From contig JAUNDN010000007.1 of the NCBI GenBank assembly GCA_030526045.1, positions 49,193-81,192 on the forward strand: 32,000 bases of DNA, in the 5' to 3' direction. The position numbers were made by a program, and so were the translations under genes. This DNA is from Bacillota bacterium. Its GTDB lineage: Bacteria; Bacillota; Clostridia; Lachnospirales; Lachnospiraceae. The stretch's first letter is position 1. Every line of letters begins with the position of its first letter. Shown here one piece after another: positions 27,655 to 32,000 of the stretch. Under the pieces are notes generated by a model. It saw only the letters and a list, made by a program, of their open reading frames with translations, had not been told where the DNA came from and did no database searches.

Positions 27655-28372
27655 TAAACCTTTTACAAAAGAAAATCTGGATATCTACCTAAAAGAACTG
27701 GCAAAAGAGTTTCGTAAAAAGAATGGTACCAGAATACCGGCGGAGATTATTCTGATTGGTGGTGCATCAATCCTTATTAATTATGGCTTTAGAGAAATGA
27801 CCTATGACATGGATGCAATCATTAAGTCTTCCGGAGCAATGAAGGACGCAATCAATACAGTAGGAGACAGACTTGGTCTTCCGATCGGATGGTTAAACAC
27901 AGACTTTATTAATACCAGTTCCTATACGCCAAGATTGGTGGAATATTCAAAGTATTATAAGACTTTTGCAAATGTTTTACAGATTAGAACAGTATCAGCT
28001 GAATATCTTGTGGCAATGAAACTCATGGCAGGACGCCAATATAAAAATGATTTATATGATATTGTGGGTGTGCTGATTGAGCAGGAAGAACGGGATGAGC
28101 CATTGACATTTGAAAAAATTCAAAAGGCTATAATCGATTTATACGATTCTTATAGCCAAATACCGAAAGATTCCAGAGCCTTCATCGAAGCTGTTTATAA
28201 GAAAGAAGACTTGCATGCTTTTTACAAGCAGTGCAGAGAACTTGAACAGGAAAATAAGGATGTATTAGTTGGATTCCAGGAAGATTATCCGGGGGTGCTT
28301 AATGGTGACAATCTTGCTGAGATTTTGAAAGCGGCTAAGGCGAAAAAAATCATCAGAGATGTGTCCATGTAA
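27644..28372 (+). CDS. Pol-beta-fold nucleotidyltransferase, AbiEii/DUF6036-like (candidate toxin/effector)
   Basis: hGG-x14-DxD motif (LIGGASILINYGFREMTYDMDAII, 27758-27814). A downstream AEYLVAMKLMAGRQYKNDLYDIVGVL block resembles the K..A..R..[KR]D..D motif of AbiEii-type NTases. Confidence 0.7.
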   Translation: MSADKPFTKENLDIYLKELAKEFRKKNGTRIPAEIILIGGASILINYGFREMTYDMDAIIKSSGAMKDAINTVGDRLGLPIGWLNTDFINTSSYTPRLVEYSKYYKTFANVLQIRTVSAEYLVAMKLMAGRQYKNDLYDIVGVLIEQEERDEPLTFEKIQKAIIDLYDSYSQIPKDSRAFIEAVYKKEDLHAFYKQCRELEQENKDVLVGFQEDYPGVLNGDNLAEILKAAKAKKIIRDVSM

Positions 28373-28422
28373 AATGGTGAATAGAATGGTTGGAGAAATT
28401 CAACAGAAGGGAATGGTATGCC

Positions 28423-28593
28423 ATGACACCATTAGCAGCAGTAGATACTACAGTGAATAATAGAAATTATGATTATACGGAAAAAGATGCTTTTGATGCA
28501 CTTTATCAGGAATTGGCAAAAGGGGTACAAAGCATGAAAAATGGTGAGGTATACACCATTGAAGAAGCATGGGAGGAAATCGACAAGATTTAG
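28423..28593 (+). CDS. Small ORF resembling only the C-terminal tail of RelB/ParD-type antitoxins (possible remnant)
   Basis: DAFDALYQELAKGVQSMKNGEVYTIEEAWEEIDKI resembles the tail of Firmicute RHH antitoxins, but no RHH N-terminal domain is present. The ribosome-binding site is weak and the start is uncertain (TTG 28390 or ATG 28423). Confidence 0.35.
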   Translation: MTPLAAVDTTVNNRNYDYTEKDAFDALYQELAKGVQSMKNGEVYTIEEAWEEIDKI

Positions 28594-28627
28594 TTTGGAT
28601 TAAAGATAAACCTATAAATACAAACAG

Positions 28628-28656
28628 TCATAACCCTTCAGAATACTTCATACAAT
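28628..28656 (+). promoter_or_regulatory. Sigma-E-type (mother-cell) promoter of spoIIID
   Basis: -35-like TCATAAC (28628-28634), 14 nt, then CATACAAT (28649-28656). This matches the Bacillus sigma-E consensus kmATAww / CATACAhT. spoIIID is sigma-E dependent in B. subtilis. Confidence 0.45.
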
Positions 28657-28684
28657 GTAAAAAAGTATTCTGAGGGGTTTCCTT

Positions 28685-28954
28685 TTGAAAGGTTATATTG
28701 AAGAAAGAGCGACAGAAATTGCCAGATATATCATCGACAATAACGCTACCGTGCGTCAGGCAGCCAAGCATTTTGGAATCAGTAAAAGTACTGTACATAA
28801 GGATGTGACCGAGCGGCTGATGCAGGTCAATCCGGCACTTGCCAGGGAGGCAAGGAAGATTCTGGATGTCAATAAGTCTGAGAGGCATATCAGAGGCGGT
28901 CTTGCCACAAAAGAAAAATATCAGCATATGCACCAGTGTGAGAACGTGCTATAA
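28685..28954 (+). CDS. spoIIID: Sporulation transcriptional regulator SpoIIID
   Basis: MKGYIEERATEIARYIIDNNATVRQAAKHFGISKSTVHKDVTERL...SERHIRGGLATKEKY is near-colinear with B. subtilis SpoIIID. TTG start 7 nt after GAGGGG. Confidence 0.9.
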   Translation: MKGYIEERATEIARYIIDNNATVRQAAKHFGISKSTVHKDVTERLMQVNPALAREARKILDVNKSERHIRGGLATKEKYQHMHQCENVL

Positions 28955-28997
28955 TAGCAAAGGTTATACATAATTTGTGATTCGGATGAGGGGCAAT

Positions 28998-30329
28998 ATG
29001 CTATACACGAACAGAGACTTGAAAAAATTAATTATACCCTTGGTATTTGAGCAGCTTCTTTCGATTCTGGTCGGTATGATAGATACCGTAATGATTGCGG
29101 GGGTGGGAGAAGCAGCAGTTTCCGGTGTCTCTCTGGTAGATACCATTAATATACTTGTGATTAACATTACAGCAGCATTGGCTACAGGCGGTGCAGTGGT
29201 CGCCGGTCATTTTTTGGGGCAAAAGGATCCTGAAAATGCCAGCAGATCAGCCTGGCAGCTACTGCTGTTTTCTATTTGGCTTTCAATAGTGGTAACAATC
29301 CTGTTCCTTGCGGCGCATAAGCCGCTCCTTCAAATGGTGTTTGGACAGGTGGAGCCTGAGGTTATGAGTAGCGCCACGACTTATCTGATCATTACAGCAC
29401 TGTCGATCTGTCCGCTTGCCGTCTACAATTCCTGTGCAGCCCTGTTCCGGGCTATGAATGATTCCAGAACGACCATGTGGATTGCCATTGCCATGAATTT
29501 GATCAATTTTGCGGGAAATGCCATCCTGATTTATGGAGCAAAAATCGGCGTAGCCGGTGCGGCAATTGCAACTACCTTTTCCAGAATCGTGGCTGCTCTT
29601 ATCATCATGATATTAATTTTTAATCCGCAGAGGATGATCAATTTCAAGGGGCAGGTCACCTGGAAGCTTGATCTCAATCTGATTAAGAAAATCCTTTATA
29701 TCGGAGTTCCAAACGGAATGGAGAACAGCCTTTTTCAGCTTGGAAAAATCCTGCTGCTGAGTCTGGTATCTACGCTTGGAACCTATGCGATTGCGGCAAA
29801 TGCGGTATGCAATACACTGGCAAGCTTCAATGTGCTGCCAGGTCAAGCTATCAATCTGGCACTCCTTTCGGTAGCATCCATGTGTATTGGCGCCGGAGAC
29901 TTCCAACAGACCAGATATTACACCAAAAAGCTGATGCGTCTTTCCACAGCCTGTACGATAGTGCTATCTGCAGTAATCATCCTATTGGCACCGCAGATTA
30001 TGAAAATTTATCAGCTATCTTCCCAGACAGAGGAACTGGCAATCCAAGTCATCCGCTGGCATGCTCTGATTGCGGTCTTTTTGTGGATGCCCTCCTTTAC
30101 CCTGCCGAATACCTTAAGAGCAGCGGGAGATGTAGTGTGGACTATGGCAATTGCGATTCTTTCCATGTGGACCTTTCGGATTGGCTTTGCCTACCTGTTC
30201 AACTACTTTTTACATTGGGGCCTGCTTGGCGTGTGGGTGGCAATGACGATTGACTGGGGATTCCGGTCGCTTTGTTATGAGCTTCGATACCATGGACATA
30301 AGTGGGAACGGTTTATGAAAAAGGCGTAA
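28998..30329 (+). CDS. MATE family efflux transporter
   Basis: 12-TM protein with an N-terminal LIIPLVFEQLLSILVGMIDTVMIAGVGEAAVSGVSLVD signature. The start ATG 28998 is uncertain, with alternatives at 28977 and 28986. Confidence 0.85.
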   Translation: MLYTNRDLKKLIIPLVFEQLLSILVGMIDTVMIAGVGEAAVSGVSLVDTINILVINITAALATGGAVVAGHFLGQKDPENASRSAWQLLLFSIWLSIVVTILFLAAHKPLLQMVFGQVEPEVMSSATTYLIITALSICPLAVYNSCAALFRAMNDSRTTMWIAIAMNLINFAGNAILIYGAKIGVAGAAIATTFSRIVAALIIMILIFNPQRMINFKGQVTWKLDLNLIKKILYIGVPNGMENSLFQLGKILLLSLVSTLGTYAIAANAVCNTLASFNVLPGQAINLALLSVASMCIGAGDFQQTRYYTKKLMRLSTACTIVLSAVIILLAPQIMKIYQLSSQTEELAIQVIRWHALIAVFLWMPSFTLPNTLRAAGDVVWTMAIAILSMWTFRIGFAYLFNYFLHWGLLGVWVAMTIDWGFRSLCYELRYHGHKWERFMKKA

Positions 30330-30336
30330 GAACACT

Positions 30337-30365
30337 TTGACAAGTATCCTGCGCTTTTATATAAT
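30337..30365 (+). promoter_or_regulatory. Consensus sigma-A promoter of guaA
   Basis: TTGACA (30337-30342), 17-nt spacer, TATAAT (30360-30365). Confidence 0.65.
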
Positions 30366-30458
30366 TGTACTTGCATTTGATAGATTCACATTTGAGGATA
30401 GCGAAGGAAAAATTTACGCATACTTCATGGTGTAGAATGCTTCGGAACGGAGGAAATT

Positions 30459-32000
30459 ATGGAAAAGGAAATGGTCATCGTACTTGATTTTGGCGGCCAG
30501 TATAATCAGCTGATTGCCAGAAGAGTCAGAGAGTGTCATGTTTATTGTGAGGTCCATCCTTACAGCATGAGCCTTGAAAAGATCAAAGAAATGAACCCGA
30601 GGGGCATTATTTTTACAGGAGGACCGAACAGCGTGTACGGAGAAGATGCTCCCAGATGCTCTAAAGAAATCTTTGAACTGGGCATTCCGATTCTGGGTAT
30701 CTGCTACGGCTCACAGCTGATTTCCTATCTGCTTGGCGGAAGCGTTAAGACGGCTCCTGTCAGTGAATACGGAAAGACTGAGGTGGATGTTGACAAGTCT
30801 TCCGTTCTTTTCTCCGATGTATCAGACAAGACAATCTGTTGGATGAGCCATACGGATTACATCGAAAAGGCTCCCGCAGATTTCAAGGTTACCGCACACA
30901 CACCGGTCTGCCCCGTGGCAGCAATGGAGAATCCGGACAAACAGATCTATGCGGTACAGTTCCATCCTGAGGTAATGCACACAAAGGAAGGTATGAAGAT
31001 GCTTTCCAACTTTGTATACAACGTCTGCCACTGCAAGGGCGACTGGCGCATGGATTCCTTCGTGGAGACTACCATTCAGCAGATCCGCGAAAAGGTCGGA
31101 AACGGCAAGGTACTTTGTGCGCTTTCCGGCGGTGTGGATTCCTCTGTGGCAGCAGTCCTGATGTCCAAGGCAGTGGGCAAGCAGCTCACCTGTGTTTTCG
31201 TAGATCACGGCCTTCTCCGCAAGAACGAAGGCGATGAGGTAGAAGCGGTCTTTGGTCCCGACGGTTCCTATGATCTCAACTTTATCCGCGTCAATGCCCA
31301 GGAACGTTTCTATCAGAAGCTTGCGGGTGTCACTGAACCCGAGAAGAAGCGTAAGATTATCGGCGAAGAGTTCATTCGTGTTTTTGAGGAAGAGGCAAAG
31401 AAGATCGGTGCCGTAGACTTCCTGGTCCAGGGTACCATTTACCCTGATGTAATCGAGAGCGGTCTTGGCAAGAGTGCAGTTATCAAGTCCCACCACAACG
31501 TAGGAGGACTCCCTGACTATGTAGATTTCAAGGAAATCATCGAGCCCCTCCGCCTTCTGTTTAAGGATGAAGTCCGTAAAGCCGGTCTGGAGCTTGGCAT
31601 ACCGGAATATCTTGTATATAGACAACCATTCCCCGGCCCCGGCCTCGGCGTCCGCATTATCGGTGAGGTCACTGCCGAAAAAGTCCGCATCGTTCAGGAT
31701 GCAGACGCGATCTATAGGGAAGAGATCGCAAAGGCAGGCATAGACAAGGGACTTGGCCAGTATTTCGCCGCCCTCACCAATATGAGAAGTGTCGGCGTAA
31801 TGGGTGATGAGAGAACCTATGACTACGCCGTAGCCTTAAGAGCAGTCATGACCTCAGACTTCATGACCGCCGAATCTGCCCAGATTCCCTGGGAGGTACT
31901 GAGCGTGGTCACAAGCAGGATTGTCAATGAAGTGAAAGGCGTTAATCGCGTGTTATACGACTGTACCGGAAAGCCCCCTGCAACGATAGAATTCGAGTAG
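30459..32000 (+). CDS. guaA: GMP synthase (glutamine-hydrolysing)
   Basis: 513 aa and complete, with the stop at 31998-32000. GATase domain (GICYG, HPE), ATP-PPase P-loop SGGVDSS, and C-terminal dimerisation domain ending TIEFE. Confidence 0.97.
   Translation: MEKEMVIVLDFGGQYNQLIARRVRECHVYCEVHPYSMSLEKIKEMNPRGIIFTGGPNSVYGEDAPRCSKEIFELGIPILGICYGSQLISYLLGGSVKTAPVSEYGKTEVDVDKSSVLFSDVSDKTICWMSHTDYIEKAPADFKVTAHTPVCPVAAMENPDKQIYAVQFHPEVMHTKEGMKMLSNFVYNVCHCKGDWRMDSFVETTIQQIREKVGNGKVLCALSGGVDSSVAAVLMSKAVGKQLTCVFVDHGLLRKNEGDEVEAVFGPDGSYDLNFIRVNAQERFYQKLAGVTEPEKKRKIIGEEFIRVFEEEAKKIGAVDFLVQGTIYPDVIESGLGKSAVIKSHHNVGGLPDYVDFKEIIEPLRLLFKDEVRKAGLELGIPEYLVYRQPFPGPGLGVRIIGEVTAEKVRIVQDADAIYREEIAKAGIDKGLGQYFAALTNMRSVGVMGDERTYDYAVALRAVMTSDFMTAESAQIPWEVLSVVTSRIVNEVKGVNRVLYDCTGKPPATIEFE

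Noticed and set aside
30366-30458. Purine/guanine riboswitch in the guaA leader
   Set aside because: The leader of about 90 nt lacks the three-way junction and the conserved loop-loop motifs of purine riboswitches. Only a weak CGAAG/CTTCG pairing is present.
30822-31625. 267-aa minus-strand ORF inside guaA
   Set aside because: It lies wholly within the highly conserved guaA coding frame, and its product has no recognisable motif. The same reasoning applies to other long antisense ORFs inside well-supported genes: 10473-11042, 11812-12552, 5123-5608, 7439-7855, 19934-20308 and 20550-20978.

Overview
This is a chromosomal segment from a low-GC Gram-positive anaerobe. I infer a Clostridia-like member of Bacillota from spoIIID, strong GGAGG-type ribosome-binding sites, a QueT ECF S-component and a choloylglycine-hydrolase gene.

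Layout:
- 1-1.8 kb: end of an ABC-2 permease pair and a DUF402 gene.
- 2.0-9.4 kb: a complete F1Fo ATP synthase operon (atpZ-atpI-atpBEFHAGDC) with promoter and terminator. Its c subunit carries the full Na+-binding signature.
- 9.5-13.8 kb: a small orphan ORF, a SAM methyltransferase and an 843-aa membrane-anchored protein of unknown function.
- 13.9-15.7 kb: a translationally coupled pair, a membrane-embedded XRE regulator plus a DUF4097 beta-repeat protein.
- 15.8-16.5 kb: queT on the minus strand, with a consensus promoter and a structured leader that looks like a preQ1 riboswitch.
- 16.6-21.6 kb: a DUF853/HerA-like ATPase, an Ntn (Cys2) choloylglycine-hydrolase-family gene, a YczE-like membrane protein and a GH5-CBM2 lipoprotein endoglucanase.
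- 21.6-28.6 kb: a visibly AT-richer accessory-looking block. It holds an orphan DUF2442 gene, a MetRS paralog, an orphan hybrid histidine kinase, an autoregulated-looking HTH + nucleotidyltransferase pair and a probable antitoxin remnant.
- 28.6-32.0 kb: spoIIID, a MATE exporter and guaA.

The MetRS paralog has an intact HIGH motif but a degenerate KMSKS motif, and sits behind a promoter, small ORF and terminator leader. The HTH + nucleotidyltransferase pair is organised like an AbiE toxin-antitoxin or abortive-infection module. spoIIID has a sigma-E-type promoter embedded in a 15-bp hairpin.

I saw no rRNA, tRNA, CRISPR array, transposase or integrase. All family assignments come from reading motifs by eye. 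No database search was possible.
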